From a bacterium (GTDB lineage Bacteria > Spirochaetota > Spirochaetia > Treponematales > Treponemataceae): 58,327 nt of DNA. Shown one piece after another: positions 42,308 to 52,719 of the stretch. The position numbers and the translations under genes were made by a program. Location of the stretch: the NCBI GenBank assembly GCA_963601995.1, contig CAVCIJ010000088.1:1-58327 (forward strand), given 5' to 3'. Each line of letters starts with the position of its first letter. Position 1 is the first letter of the stretch. The notes below the pieces were generated by a model. The model worked only from the letters and a program-made list of their open reading frames with translations, made no database searches and had not been told where the DNA came from.

Positions 42308-42841
42308 ATGAGTGATATAAGTGATTTAAGAAATGTTGTAAATAAAGTTGTAAGCGGAATAAATCTTGAAAATTCTCAAAGAGCTTTTACTGTTCTTGAT
42401 GGCTGGAAAAAGGTTCTTTTAAGAATAAAATCAAATACAAATCCAAATGAAGGTCAAAAACTTACGGAACATACAAGAGTTGTTGATTTAAAAAATGGAA
42501 TTCTTATTGTTGAAGTTGATCATCCAGGCTGGATGTCTTTACTGCAACTTCATAAAAATTATATTTTAAAGGGGTTGAACCTTGATATGCCTGATTTAAA
42601 AATCAAAAATCTTGGATTCAGGATGGAAAAACAAAATGAAGATTATAAAAGCAGTTCTTTTTCGGAAGAAGAAGCTGTTTTTAATGTTCAAAAAAGAATT
42701 GAAGAAGAAGAAAAAACTGTAAATTCATTTTTTAAAAAGGAAAATTATTCTGAATCAACAAAAAATAAGGAATTACCTCAAGAATTAAAATCTCTTTTTG
42801 CCGAATTAAAAGCTGATATGTTGACTAATCAAGAAAAATAG
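42308..42841 (+). CDS. dciA: DciA / DUF721 family protein
   Basis: HTRVVDLKNGILIVEVDHPGW pattern; position directly after recF. Confidence 0.8.
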   Translation: MSDISDLRNVVNKVVSGINLENSQRAFTVLDGWKKVLLRIKSNTNPNEGQKLTEHTRVVDLKNGILIVEVDHPGWMSLLQLHKNYILKGLNLDMPDLKIKNLGFRMEKQNEDYKSSSFSEEEAVFNVQKRIEEEEKTVNSFFKKENYSESTKNKELPQELKSLFAELKADMLTNQEK

Positions 42842-42906
42842 TGATATCATTGCCCCTACTAAAATTGGGTGTTTTAAATTTTATTTTATAATAGGAGAAG
42901 GAAGTT

Positions 42907-43062
42907 ATGTTACGTACATATCAGCCAAGCAAAGTAAAGCGCAATAGAAAGTTTGGTTTTAGAGCTCGTATGGCTACTCGTGGAGGACGTGCAGTTCTTT
43001 CAAGAAGAAGAGCAAAAGGTCGTCATAAGCTTACAGTTTCTGACGAAAAGAAACCTTACTGA
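42907..43062 (+). CDS. rpmH: 50S ribosomal protein L34 (not in ORF track)
   Basis: [51 protein letters not shown]. Confidence 0.98.
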   Translation: MLRTYQPSKVKRNRKFGFRARMATRGGRAVLSRRRAKGRHKLTVSDEKKPY

Positions 43063-43073
43063 TTTTTTTAGGG

Positions 43074-43448
43074 ATGGATACGGATTTGTTAAAAACAGGA
43101 CGTTTTTCTCGAAAAGAGCATATTAAGCGTCCTGTCGACATCCAAAATCTTTTTAAGAATGGGAAAAAAGTAAGCATCTACGGAGCAAAAATTTTTTATC
43201 TTGAAAATGATGAATGCAAGAAAAAAAATATCAATAGAATAGCTTTTCCCCTTCCCAAAGGATACGGTAGCGCAGTTGAGAGAAATCAGTCTAAGCGTTA
43301 TAGCCGTGAAACGTATCGTTTTTTCAAATCACACCTGAACACTGGATATGATATTTTATTTTTAGTTTATCCAGGAAATAATTCGTTCCTCTCGCGGTGT
43401 GATCAATTTAAAACATTATGCAAAAAAGCTGGTTTATTAAAGGAATAA
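43074..43448 (+). CDS. rnpA: Ribonuclease P protein component
   Basis: [15 protein letters not shown] (RNR-like motif); synteny with rpmH. Confidence 0.9.
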   Translation: MDTDLLKTGRFSRKEHIKRPVDIQNLFKNGKKVSIYGAKIFYLENDECKKKNINRIAFPLPKGYGSAVERNQSKRYSRETYRFFKSHLNTGYDILFLVYPGNNSFLSRCDQFKTLCKKAGLLKE

Positions 43449-43666
43449 GAAAGTTTTTTGTTTCTTTTTTTGTTCTTTTAATCAGATTTTACCAAGTTTG
43501 TATTTCTCCTCTTTTTCCTGCGTGTTGCAGATATACTCCAACATGCTCTCAGTATGCGTTAGAAGCAATCAAAAAATACGGTCCTATAAAAGGAATTTAT
43601 CTTGCTATAAAAAGAATACTTCGTTGTAATTCGTTTCATGAAGGCGGCTACGATCCTGTTCCTTAA
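43418..43666 (+). CDS. yidD: Membrane protein insertion efficiency factor
   Basis: [23 protein letters not shown]. Confidence 0.95.
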   Translation: MQKSWFIKGIRKFFVSFFVLLIRFYQVCISPLFPACCRYTPTCSQYALEAIKKYGPIKGIYLAIKRILRCNSFHEGGYDPVP

Positions 43667-43690
43667 GATGGCAAAAAAGGAAATTTGTTT

Positions 43691-45514
43691 ATGAAGAACA
43701 CTATTATTGCTCTTGTTCTTTCATTTTTGGTTTTGTTTGGATATATGTTTGTTCAGACAATGGTTTATTCGAAAAAATCAAATAATGAATCTCAAAGTCA
43801 AGTTGCAGAACAAAGTTTTGAAAATAATTCTGTAGAAAATGAAGTTTTGTCTGATTCTAGAGAAAATTCTGTAAAAATTGAAGAATTTTATATTGCTGAA
43901 GAAGATGAAAATCTTAATGAGCAGACTTATACTATTGAAAATGATTTAGTAAAAGTTGTATTTACAAATCGCGGTGGAGACATTGTTAGTTATCAATTAA
44001 AAAATCACTTAGACAAGGAAACTGGACTCGGTGTTGAAATGGTTGATAATGTAACAAGTTCTAATAGAGCTTTTTCTTTGTCTTTTGGAAGTAATGAAAA
44101 TCCGACTTTAAATGAACTTTTTTATGTAAAATTTTTTGATGATGATCCAAATTCAATCGCATTTTTCAGAAATTATGAAATTAAAGATGAAAATGGAAAT
44201 CTTCAAAAATATGCGTTAGGTAAAAAATACACTTTTAAAGAAGGTGAATATGTTTTTAAACTTGATGTAACTGTAAATGCCTTAGATTCTTCAAAAGGAA
44301 TTGTTTTTGGTGATTCATCGTATACTTTAAGAACTTCACCTCAGATTGGTCCTCATTATGATAAGAAAAATCGTTATGAATTAAGGCAGTATATTGCTTT
44401 GAATGGATCTAAAAAAATCAAAAAATCTGTTTCCAATAAAACTTTTTCAAATTATTACGATTGGGCTGGAGTTGCAGGAAAGTATTTTACTATGCTTGTA
44501 AAACCTGTTTCTCCTCTAAATATGAAAGATTCTGTAGTTTGTTCTACAAGTCCTGTAAATGGATATGAAGATGCTCAAATTTTTCTTACTAGAAAGGCGC
44601 CTGAAGAAAAAAATATCAATGATTCATACTATATTTATGTAGGACCTAGAAATGAAAAAGATTTAATAAAATATAATTCTCAGGAAAAAAATGAATGGGG
44701 ACTTTCCGGAATCAAATTTAATCAAGCTTTGCAAACAAGTGGTCTTTTAGTTTGGCTTGAAGTTGCTTTAAAGTGGATTTTGGAAATGATTTATAAACTT
44801 GTGAAAAACTGGGGAGTTGCAATTATAATTCTTACAGTTATTCTCAAGATTGTTCTTTTTCCTTTGAATAAGAAAACTGCGGTTGGATCCTTAAAAATGC
44901 AGGAATTGCAGCCAAAAATGCAATCTCTTCAGGCAAAATATCAGAATGATCAACAAAAACTTAACGTCGAAATGCAAAAGCTTTATAAGGAAGTTGGTTA
45001 TAATCCAATGTCTGGATGTCTTCCTATGATTATTCAAATGTTGATACTTTTTGCTCTTTATAATGTATTTAACAATTATTTTGAATTTCGTGGTGCAAGT
45101 TTTATAAAAGGCTGGATAAATGATCTTTCTGTAGGAGATAGCGTTTGGTCATGGAATAAAAATATTTTCTTAATCAGCGCGATTTCTCAGAATAATCTTA
45201 GAATTTTGCCGTTTATTTATACAGGTTCTCAGTTGCTTAATGGTAAAATTACTCAGTATGGTGGTTCTGCAGGTTCAAGCAGCGGTCAGATGAAATTTAT
45301 GATGTACGGAATGCCGATTATGTTTTTCTTTGTGTTCTACAATGTTCCAAGTGGACTTTTGCTTTATTGGTCAGTAAGTAATATTCTTCAGATTGGACAG
45401 CAGCTTGTAATCAATAAAATTACGAAGAAAAAGAAAGCCGAACAGGAAAAAAATAAACCCGTTGTTAATAAAAATGTCTTGAAATTCAAAGGTGGAAAAA
45501 AGAAGCCAAGATAA
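43691..45514 (+). CDS. yidC: Membrane protein insertase YidC
   Basis: NWGVAIIILT, GCLPMIIQ, GLLLYW. Start 43685 or 43691. Confidence 0.96.
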   Translation: MKNTIIALVLSFLVLFGYMFVQTMVYSKKSNNESQSQVAEQSFENNSVENEVLSDSRENSVKIEEFYIAEEDENLNEQTYTIENDLVKVVFTNRGGDIVSYQLKNHLDKETGLGVEMVDNVTSSNRAFSLSFGSNENPTLNELFYVKFFDDDPNSIAFFRNYEIKDENGNLQKYALGKKYTFKEGEYVFKLDVTVNALDSSKGIVFGDSSYTLRTSPQIGPHYDKKNRYELRQYIALNGSKKIKKSVSNKTFSNYYDWAGVAGKYFTMLVKPVSPLNMKDSVVCSTSPVNGYEDAQIFLTRKAPEEKNINDSYYIYVGPRNEKDLIKYNSQEKNEWGLSGIKFNQALQTSGLLVWLEVALKWILEMIYKLVKNWGVAIIILTVILKIVLFPLNKKTAVGSLKMQELQPKMQSLQAKYQNDQQKLNVEMQKLYKEVGYNPMSGCLPMIIQMLILFALYNVFNNYFEFRGASFIKGWINDLSVGDSVWSWNKNIFLISAISQNNLRILPFIYTGSQLLNGKITQYGGSAGSSSGQMKFMMYGMPIMFFFVFYNVPSGLLLYWSVSNILQIGQQLVINKITKKKKAEQEKNKPVVNKNVLKFKGGKKKPR

Positions 45515-45553
45515 ATTTCTTGATAAAAATAAATTTTAAGAGGATAAATTATA

Positions 45554-46258
45554 ATGACTTACGATTTTGAAGGAAAAAACGAAAAAGAAGCTATTGAAAA
45601 AGCAGTAGCTGAACTTGGTCTTGAAAAGGATCAGTTTGATGTAGAAATTCTTGAATCACAAAAGAAAACATTGTTTAAAAATGGCTATGTAAAAATTAGA
45701 GTGCATACAAATGACAATGTAGATCATCTTTCACCAGAATTTGATGGAAAAATGCCTTCATCAGAAAAAGATATATCAATTTCAAATCCTCTTCCAAAAG
45801 ATGAATTTGAACAGAAAATTGTAGATTTTACAAAAGGACTTATAAATCGAATGGGATATGATGTTGCTGTTGAGGTTATGTTCCGTGAAGACAAGAAAAT
45901 CGGTGTAAAACTTACTAGCGACAAATCTTCAATTCTTATTGGAAGAAAGGGAAAAAATCTTGATGCAATGCAACTTCTCGTAAATGTTTATGCAGGACAT
46001 TTAGGAAGGGAAGATGTAAGAATTATTCTTGACACAGAAAATTACAGAATTCGCAGAGAAGAAAGTCTTGTTCGTCTTGCTTATAACACAGCGGATAAAG
46101 TGAGACAGAATAAAACTTCAATCTTGCTTGAGCCGATGAATCCATTTGAAAGAAGACTTATTCACACAACTTTAAATGATATTGCTGATGTTGAAACTAA
46201 AAGCGAAGGTGAAGGTTTATATAAACAGGTACGTGTTATTTACAAAGGTTTACGCTGA
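45554..46258 (+). CDS. jag: Jag/EloR (KhpB) RNA-binding protein
   Basis: Jag_N; KH (IGRKGKNLDA); R3H (ERRLIH). Confidence 0.93.
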   Translation: MTYDFEGKNEKEAIEKAVAELGLEKDQFDVEILESQKKTLFKNGYVKIRVHTNDNVDHLSPEFDGKMPSSEKDISISNPLPKDEFEQKIVDFTKGLINRMGYDVAVEVMFREDKKIGVKLTSDKSSILIGRKGKNLDAMQLLVNVYAGHLGREDVRIILDTENYRIRREESLVRLAYNTADKVRQNKTSILLEPMNPFERRLIHTTLNDIADVETKSEGEGLYKQVRVIYKGLR

Positions 46259-46287
46259 TTTATAAAATCAATATTTGGAAGGAACTG

Positions 46288-47064
46288 ATGAAATTAAAAA
46301 ATATAATTGCACAACTTTTTATTGCTAATGCGATTGTATTGAATGCATTTTCTTATTCTGCTCAAGATTTGCTTAGCAAAGATGTTTATTCTGAGTTAAA
46401 GAAGAATGGCGAAGTAAAAATAAACAGATTTAATTCTGAAAAGAAAGATTATCTTTTGCTTCCAAAAACTCAGTTGAGTAAAAATCTAGAATTGTCTTGG
46501 AATAATGAAGAACCTCCTGTTTTGATAGGAGAATGTTTATATCTTCTTCCAAAAACTCAGTTGAATTCTTCAAATCCTGAAGTTGTAAATATTAAAAATA
46601 CTTCAAAAATGATTCGTTCTGTAAGTAAAATGGCTGGAATGAAATACAAATCTGATGGAAAAATGAAGGTTCTTTACAAAAATCCTTATACTGTAAAAAG
46701 TGCTTCTGATAAAACTAAAGTTCCTGATAACACAGAAGGAAGTGCTGATAAAAAAGAACTTTTTTGTGTGCTTGATGACAATACATTTGGCAAAACATAT
46801 TATCAACTGAATTATTTTGAAAACAGTCAGGAAGTTGGAGCAAATTTTAAAAATATAACTCCAATCAATGTTGGACCAATAAAAGCAATAAGTAATGAAA
46901 ATTTAAAAATCAGTTTGCTTTTTATTGATTGTGAAGATGATATTATGGCATATCTTTTAGTTCAGTCTAAATATCCAAATATTGAATTTTTACAGAAAAC
47001 AATGGAAGAATCTTTTTCTAATCGCCTGGATGCAATTTACAATTGGTTTATTCAACAGTGGTGA
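46288..47064 (+). CDS. Hypothetical exported protein
   Basis: Signal peptide AFS-Y; AGGA RBS; no family assigned. Confidence 0.75.
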   Translation: MKLKNIIAQLFIANAIVLNAFSYSAQDLLSKDVYSELKKNGEVKINRFNSEKKDYLLLPKTQLSKNLELSWNNEEPPVLIGECLYLLPKTQLNSSNPEVVNIKNTSKMIRSVSKMAGMKYKSDGKMKVLYKNPYTVKSASDKTKVPDNTEGSADKKELFCVLDDNTFGKTYYQLNYFENSQEVGANFKNITPINVGPIKAISNENLKISLLFIDCEDDIMAYLLVQSKYPNIEFLQKTMEESFSNRLDAIYNWFIQQW

Positions 47065-47086
47065 TTAAAAAGTTTGTGAGGTAAAA

Positions 47087-48145
47087 ATGAAAAATATAAG
47101 AAAAGTGCTTCTTTCGGCAGTGTTGGGAAGCGTTATAATTTGTACTGGAGGATGTAAATCAATGGACAAGGGCTTAAAAGCAATTGAAGGTAAGGAAGGC
47201 GTTTTTGCTGTTATTAGCACAAATAAGGGTGATATGATTTTGGAACTTTATTATAAGGACGCTCCACTTACTGTAACAAATTTTGTTGGTCTTGCAGAAG
47301 GAACTCTTGATGCTGCAAAGGGAAAGCCTTTTTATGATGGATTAAAATTTCATCGTGTAATTTCAGATTTTATGATTCAGGGTGGTGATCCTAAAGGAAA
47401 CGGAACAGGTGGTCCTGGATATCAATTTGAAGATGAATTTAATGATAAATATCAGTTTGACGGACCTGGAGTTCTTGCAATGGCAAACGCTGGTCCAGGA
47501 ACTAATGGAAGTCAATTTTTTATAACACATATTGAAACTCCATGGTTGAATAATCATCATACAATTTTTGGTCATATTGTGGATGAAGCAAGTCAGTTTA
47601 CTGTAAATGCAATAGCACAGGGTGATGTAATGAAGTCTGTAAAAATTTACAGACAAGGTGCTGAGGCTGAAAAATTTTCCGCAACACAAGAAGATTTTGA
47701 TTCTCTTAGAAAGCAGGCAAAAGAAAATACTCTTGCTAGAAAAAGAGCTCTTCTTGCTGAAAAAATTGCTGAAGTAGAAAAAGCATTTCCAGGATTTTCT
47801 CAGGATGAAAACGGAATTTATTATAAGATTATAAAGGAAGGTTCTGGTGAAAAAATTGGTAAAAGAAAAAATGTTACAACTGAATACAAAGGATATTTTG
47901 TAAATGGAGATATTTTTGATGGTTCTTCAAAACTAGTAAAAGGTGGACATGAAGCTTTATCTTTTGTAACTGGGGCAAATCAAATGATTCCTGGATTTGA
48001 TGTTATGGTTCAGGATATGAAAAAAGGTGAATTAAGATCTTTTGTACTTCCTCCTGATATGGCTTATGGGGAGCGAGGTGCCGGCAATGTGATTCCACCA
48101 AATTCTTTTATAGCGTTTGATGTGGAAGTTACAGGTACAAATTAA
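47087..48145 (+). CDS. Cyclophilin-FKBP dual peptidyl-prolyl isomerase, probable lipoprotein
   Basis: FHRVISDFMIQGG, ANAGPGTNGSQFF; then MIPGFD...PPDMAYG...FDVE. Confidence 0.92.
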   Translation: MKNIRKVLLSAVLGSVIICTGGCKSMDKGLKAIEGKEGVFAVISTNKGDMILELYYKDAPLTVTNFVGLAEGTLDAAKGKPFYDGLKFHRVISDFMIQGGDPKGNGTGGPGYQFEDEFNDKYQFDGPGVLAMANAGPGTNGSQFFITHIETPWLNNHHTIFGHIVDEASQFTVNAIAQGDVMKSVKIYRQGAEAEKFSATQEDFDSLRKQAKENTLARKRALLAEKIAEVEKAFPGFSQDENGIYYKIIKEGSGEKIGKRKNVTTEYKGYFVNGDIFDGSSKLVKGGHEALSFVTGANQMIPGFDVMVQDMKKGELRSFVLPPDMAYGERGAGNVIPPNSFIAFDVEVTGTN

Positions 48146-48196
48146 AGTAATTGATTTTTTTTAGTGTACTGCAAATGCAGTGCACTTTTTTTTTAT

Positions 48197-48307
48197 TTAT
48201 CCACAAGAATTTAAGAAAAAATTATTTTTTATTTTTAACTGTGGATAAATTGTGTAAAAAGCTAAATTTAAAGTGGATTTTTCAAAGAAAAACAAATTTT
48301 ATCCACA
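48197..48307. promoter_or_regulatory. Distal DnaA-box cluster (right)
   Basis: Perfect boxes TTATCCACA 48197, TGTGGATAA 48240, TTATCCACA 48299. Confidence 0.75.
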
Positions 48308-48385
48308 GGAAATTCTTTTTTTTATATATAGTGTACTAGATATAGTGCAATTTTTCTAAAATTATAAAATTTACGCTATAAAAAT

Positions 48386-50845
48386 ATGTATGAAAACATA
48401 AAAAACTTGCCAATAACACCTTTTCTTGTGGATATCTGCAAGAAATTAAAAGAGTCTTCAAGTCATTTTCTTATTTTATCTGCACAAACTGGAGCTGGAA
48501 AGTCCACTGCTCTTCCCTTAGCTTTACTTGATAATTTTGACGGAAAAATTCTTATGCTTGAACCTAGAAAAATGGCGGTTTTAAATGTTGCAGAAAGAAT
48601 ATCTCATCTTTTAGGAGAAGAGCCTGGTGAAACTTGTGGATATACCGTTCATCTAGATAAAAAATTATCTAAAAAAACTCGACTTGAAGTAATGACAGAC
48701 AGCATTTTTTGCAGGCGGATTTTAGCAGACAATGAACTTTCTGGAGTTTCTGTAGTTATTTTGGATGAATTTCACGAAAGAAGTGTGAATTTAGATTTTG
48801 CGTTGGCTTTATTAAAAGAGCTGTGCAGTCTTAGAGATAACCTTTATGTTATTATAATGTCGGCAACTATTGAAACTGAAAAGTTAACAAAATATTTGTC
48901 AAAAGATTTTGTTATAGGTACAGATTATCAATATAAATCTGTTCCTGTTTATAAAATTGAAGGAAGATCTTTTCCTGTAAAAATCGAATATTCTAATCAG
49001 AATATAGAAAACGAGATAATTTCTTCCTTGAACGATGAATCTTTGTCTTCTGGCGGTAGTATTTTAGTTTTTCTTCCTGGAATAAAAGAAATAAATCTTG
49101 TAAAAGAGAAATTAGAAAAATCAATTAAAAATAAAAATAAAGAATGCTATATTTTACATAGTTCTGTCCCCATAAAAGAACAGTCAAGACTGTTTGTTTC
49201 ATCAAAATCTGGTACCGTTAGAATAATTTTGAGCAGTGCAATTGCAGAAACCTCTGTAACTATACCAGATGTAAAAATTGTAATTGATAGTGGTTTCGGG
49301 AAATATAATATCTTTGATAAAAAACAGCAGATGAATCATCTTGTAACTCAAAGAATCAGTAAGTTTAGTGCAGCGCAGCGTGCTGGACGTGCCGGTCGTA
49401 TTTGTGAGGGAAAGTGTATAAGATTATGGGATAAAAATGAAAATTTGACTGATACTGTGATTCCTGAAATTTTAAAAATTGACATAAGCCAACTTGTATT
49501 AGAATGTTTTGCGTGGGGTGTTAAAAATTTTTCTCAAATATATTGGCTTGACTGTCCTTCCGAAAATGAATGGAATACTGCTGTTATTCTTTTGGAAAAT
49601 TTGAATTGCATACACAACGGACAAATTACAGAATTAGGAAAGGCAGTTTTGTTTTTAGGAATTGATTTAAGAATTGCCTGTGTTGCTTTGAGTGGAATTT
49701 CTTTTGATAAGATTAACGCAAGTGTTGATTTTGCTCTTGATTTAATGAAAAAATCTTTAAAAAATCAGTCTGTTTTAGAATTACAAAGAAATGATTTGAT
49801 TTTTAGAATAAATAAAATTCAAAAGAATTCACAGAAAAATTTAGTTTTTGCACATAAATTCACAGAGTTTTCCACAGAAAATGCACTTCTTTGTGGATAT
49901 CCTGATAGAATCGCAAAAAAAACTGTGGATAAGTTAAAAAAATCTGTAAACAAAAATGAAAAGGCAGAATATCTTTTTCCTTCTGGAAAAAAAGGGTTTT
50001 TATGTAGTTTTGGAAATTTAAGGTTAGCGGAAAAAACTCCTGAATTTATTCTTGCTTATGAAGTTGATGCTGGGGAAAGTTTTGTTAAGATTTATGATTT
50101 TTTTGAAATTTCAGAAAATTCAGCAATTCAATTTTTTAAGTTAAAGTCTTCTGTAAAAATATTTACAAAATTTAGTGAAAGTGAAAAATCAAAAGTTGAA
50201 AAATATCAGACGGAATCTTATGGAAAAATTATTTTGCATGAAAAAAAATTGCCTGTGAGTTCTGATGATTACAAAGAAGCTGTTTCTTATCAATTAAAAA
50301 AAGACGGATTAAAGTTTTTGCCAATGTCTGAAAATTCTAAAAATTTAATTTTGAGGTACAGATTTTTTGTTCAGCAAATAGGTACAGATAAAAATAATTC
50401 TGCAGAATTTGAGGATAAAATTAAAAATTTAACTGAAAATCCTGAATTGTGGCTTTTTCCATTTCTAACTGATGAAAAACTTACAGAAAAAACTGTTTTT
50501 TCGGCTTTAAACTGGTACCTAAATGGAAATGAATTAAAAAAATCTGTGCCTAACGAGATACTTTTAAGTAATGGCAAAATCTTAAAAATAAAATATGAAT
50601 TTCAGAACGAAAAAATAATTCCTGTGTCAGAAGTTATAATTCAACATATTTTTTCCTGTATGAAAAACCCAAAAATTTTAGGAATGACAGTCCTTTTGAG
50701 ACTTTTGTCACCTGCTTCTAGACCTCTTCAGGTTACAAATGATTTGGAGAATTTTTGGAAAAATACCTGGCCACAAATTTGCTCAGAGATGAGAGGTCGT
50801 TATCCAAAGCATAATTGGGATTATAGAGTTAGCGAAAGTGACTAA
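48386..50845 (+). CDS. hrpB: ATP-dependent DExH helicase HrpB
   Basis: QTGAGKST, DEFHER, MSAT, QRAGRAGR; HrpB C-terminus LLSPASRPLQVT...RYPKHNW. Confidence 0.93.
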   Translation: MYENIKNLPITPFLVDICKKLKESSSHFLILSAQTGAGKSTALPLALLDNFDGKILMLEPRKMAVLNVAERISHLLGEEPGETCGYTVHLDKKLSKKTRLEVMTDSIFCRRILADNELSGVSVVILDEFHERSVNLDFALALLKELCSLRDNLYVIIMSATIETEKLTKYLSKDFVIGTDYQYKSVPVYKIEGRSFPVKIEYSNQNIENEIISSLNDESLSSGGSILVFLPGIKEINLVKEKLEKSIKNKNKECYILHSSVPIKEQSRLFVSSKSGTVRIILSSAIAETSVTIPDVKIVIDSGFGKYNIFDKKQQMNHLVTQRISKFSAAQRAGRAGRICEGKCIRLWDKNENLTDTVIPEILKIDISQLVLECFAWGVKNFSQIYWLDCPSENEWNTAVILLENLNCIHNGQITELGKAVLFLGIDLRIACVALSGISFDKINASVDFALDLMKKSLKNQSVLELQRNDLIFRINKIQKNSQKNLVFAHKFTEFSTENALLCGYPDRIAKKTVDKLKKSVNKNEKAEYLFPSGKKGFLCSFGNLRLAEKTPEFILAYEVDAGESFVKIYDFFEISENSAIQFFKLKSSVKIFTKFSESEKSKVEKYQTESYGKIILHEKKLPVSSDDYKEAVSYQLKKDGLKFLPMSENSKNLILRYRFFVQQIGTDKNNSAEFEDKIKNLTENPELWLFPFLTDEKLTEKTVFSALNWYLNGNELKKSVPNEILLSNGKILKIKYEFQNEKIIPVSEVIIQHIFSCMKNPKILGMTVLLRLLSPASRPLQVTNDLENFWKNTWPQICSEMRGRYPKHNWDYRVSESD

Positions 50846-50903
50846 ATTTTATTTTTAACAGAGTTTTCATTTTTTTTTATGCTATAATATTGATGGAGAG
50901 TTT

Positions 50904-51704
50904 ATGACAAAAAATCAGTGGCAGGCTTTTGAAACTTATAAAAATGAATTAAAAAAAATTGTTGATGATTCAAAAAAATTGGATTTCTATGATGAACTTG
51001 TGGCTCTTCAGAAAAAAATTATAGAAAAATTCAGCGAAGAAAGGAAAACATATCAGCTTGAAAATTCTTTTGTTTACAATAAGGCTTATGACTCTATAAA
51101 TGAAAATGATGAAATAAAATTAATTGTTGTTGGTGATAATCCTGGCTGGGAAGAGCAGCTTAGTAAGAATCAAAAATATCTTGTGGGTCAAAGTGGACGT
51201 ATTGCTGAAGGATATTTTAGAAAAAATTCTGAACTTGGAATTGATTTTAGAAAAAATGTTATAATTACAAATAAAATTCCTGTTCATACGGGAAAAACAA
51301 GCGACTTAAAATTGTTGAAAAAAATGGCATCTTTTGAACTTTCAAAATATATTGATAATTTGCAAATAAAAATGGCTGAACTTACAGCAGCTTTGCACCA
51401 GAATCTTGTAAAATTTAAAGAGCAAAATACAAATGATACTGAACTTTGGATGATTGGTTATTCTGAATTAAAAGAAAAAGGTCTGTTTTCTTTGTATAGA
51501 GAAAGTTTAAAGGCTTCGTATGCTGATGAAAAGAAGATTTTTTGGAAAGATGTTTTTTTATTTCAGCATTTTTCTATGAATAGATTTTCTATTGATTTAA
51601 AAAATTTTGCTGAAAAAAAAGATAATAATAAAAATTCTCTAAAAGAGAATTTAGTCTTACTTGGTAATGAGCATAAAAAAGAGATATTTGGTGAAATTTA
51701 TTAG
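50904..51704 (+). CDS. Divergent uracil-DNA glycosylase-superfamily protein
   Basis: IVVGDNPGWEE...YLVGQSG resembles family-4 motif A; FQHFS resembles motif B; VIITN. Confidence 0.6.
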   Translation: MTKNQWQAFETYKNELKKIVDDSKKLDFYDELVALQKKIIEKFSEERKTYQLENSFVYNKAYDSINENDEIKLIVVGDNPGWEEQLSKNQKYLVGQSGRIAEGYFRKNSELGIDFRKNVIITNKIPVHTGKTSDLKLLKKMASFELSKYIDNLQIKMAELTAALHQNLVKFKEQNTNDTELWMIGYSELKEKGLFSLYRESLKASYADEKKIFWKDVFLFQHFSMNRFSIDLKNFAEKKDNNKNSLKENLVLLGNEHKKEIFGEIY

Positions 51705-51804
51705 CTAATTATCGTTAGTTAATAAATTTTTTATTTTTTATGTTATATAAAACAATTTTTTTATAACATAACTACCGTTAGTTAGTTGATAAATGGAGGT
51801 TTAT

Positions 51805-52716
51805 ATGAATGTACACATAATGGAAGTTCCTTTGGATTATGGAGGAAAGCGGCATGGAAGTGATATGGGACCATCTGCGATTCGACTGGCAGGGTTGCGA
51901 GATAAAATAGAGTCCTTAAGTCATATAATAATAACTGACGAACGTTCGTTAAATATTCTTCCTCAGGAATATGCTGAAATCGGAAGTAATCCAAAAGCAA
52001 AATACTTACGACCAATAGTTAGTGTATGTGAAGAAATTGCTAAGAATGTTCAGGATTCTATGATGAAAGAAGAATTTCCTTTGATTCTCGGAGGTGACCA
52101 TTCGTTAGTTTTGGGAACTTTGGCAGGATTACACGCGCATTATAAAAAAAACAATAAAAAACTTGGAGTTTTGTATGTTGATGCGCATGGTGATTTTAAC
52201 ACATCAGAAACAAGTCCAACGGGAAATATTCACGGAGAATGTTTAAGTGCAAGTGCGGGTTATGGTTTGCCAGAATTAGTAAATCTTTATGAAAAAGAGC
52301 GAAAAATTGATCCTAAAAATATTTGCTATGTTGGAATACGAGATTTGGATCCTGGCGAAAAAAAATTAATGCACGAAGCTGGTGTTACAGTTTTTACAAT
52401 CAGTGATATTGATAGACTGGGATTTGCAAATGTTATAAAAAAAGTAAAATTGTTTTTTAAGACACATTGTGATGTTATTCACATTAGTTTTGATATGGAT
52501 TCTTTGGATCCTTCGATTGCGCCGGGAACTGGGGTTCCTGTACCTGGAGGTTTAACATATCGGGAAGCACTTCTTCTTATGGAAGAAATGTGTAATTTGG
52601 ATATGGTAAAATCAATGGAAATTGTTGAAGTGAATCCGATTCTGGATGTTCGAAATGAGACTGCTGTTATGGCTGTTGAATTGATAGCTCGAGTACTTGG
52701 AGAAAAATTATTTTAA
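51805..52716 (+). CDS. rocF: Arginase
   Basis: GGDHS, DAHGD, SPTGNIHG, SFDMDSLDP, EVNP. ATG at 51805 follows GGAGG. Confidence 0.93.
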   Translation: MNVHIMEVPLDYGGKRHGSDMGPSAIRLAGLRDKIESLSHIIITDERSLNILPQEYAEIGSNPKAKYLRPIVSVCEEIAKNVQDSMMKEEFPLILGGDHSLVLGTLAGLHAHYKKNNKKLGVLYVDAHGDFNTSETSPTGNIHGECLSASAGYGLPELVNLYEKERKIDPKNICYVGIRDLDPGEKKLMHEAGVTVFTISDIDRLGFANVIKKVKLFFKTHCDVIHISFDMDSLDPSIAPGTGVPVPGGLTYREALLLMEEMCNLDMVKSMEIVEVNPILDVRNETAVMAVELIARVLGEKLF

Positions 52717-52719
52717 TAT

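Noticed and set aside
46457..46565. 19-bp direct repeat cttccaaaaactcagttga within a CDS
   Set aside because: Encodes LPKTQL twice in frame; only two copies; probably a small internal duplication.
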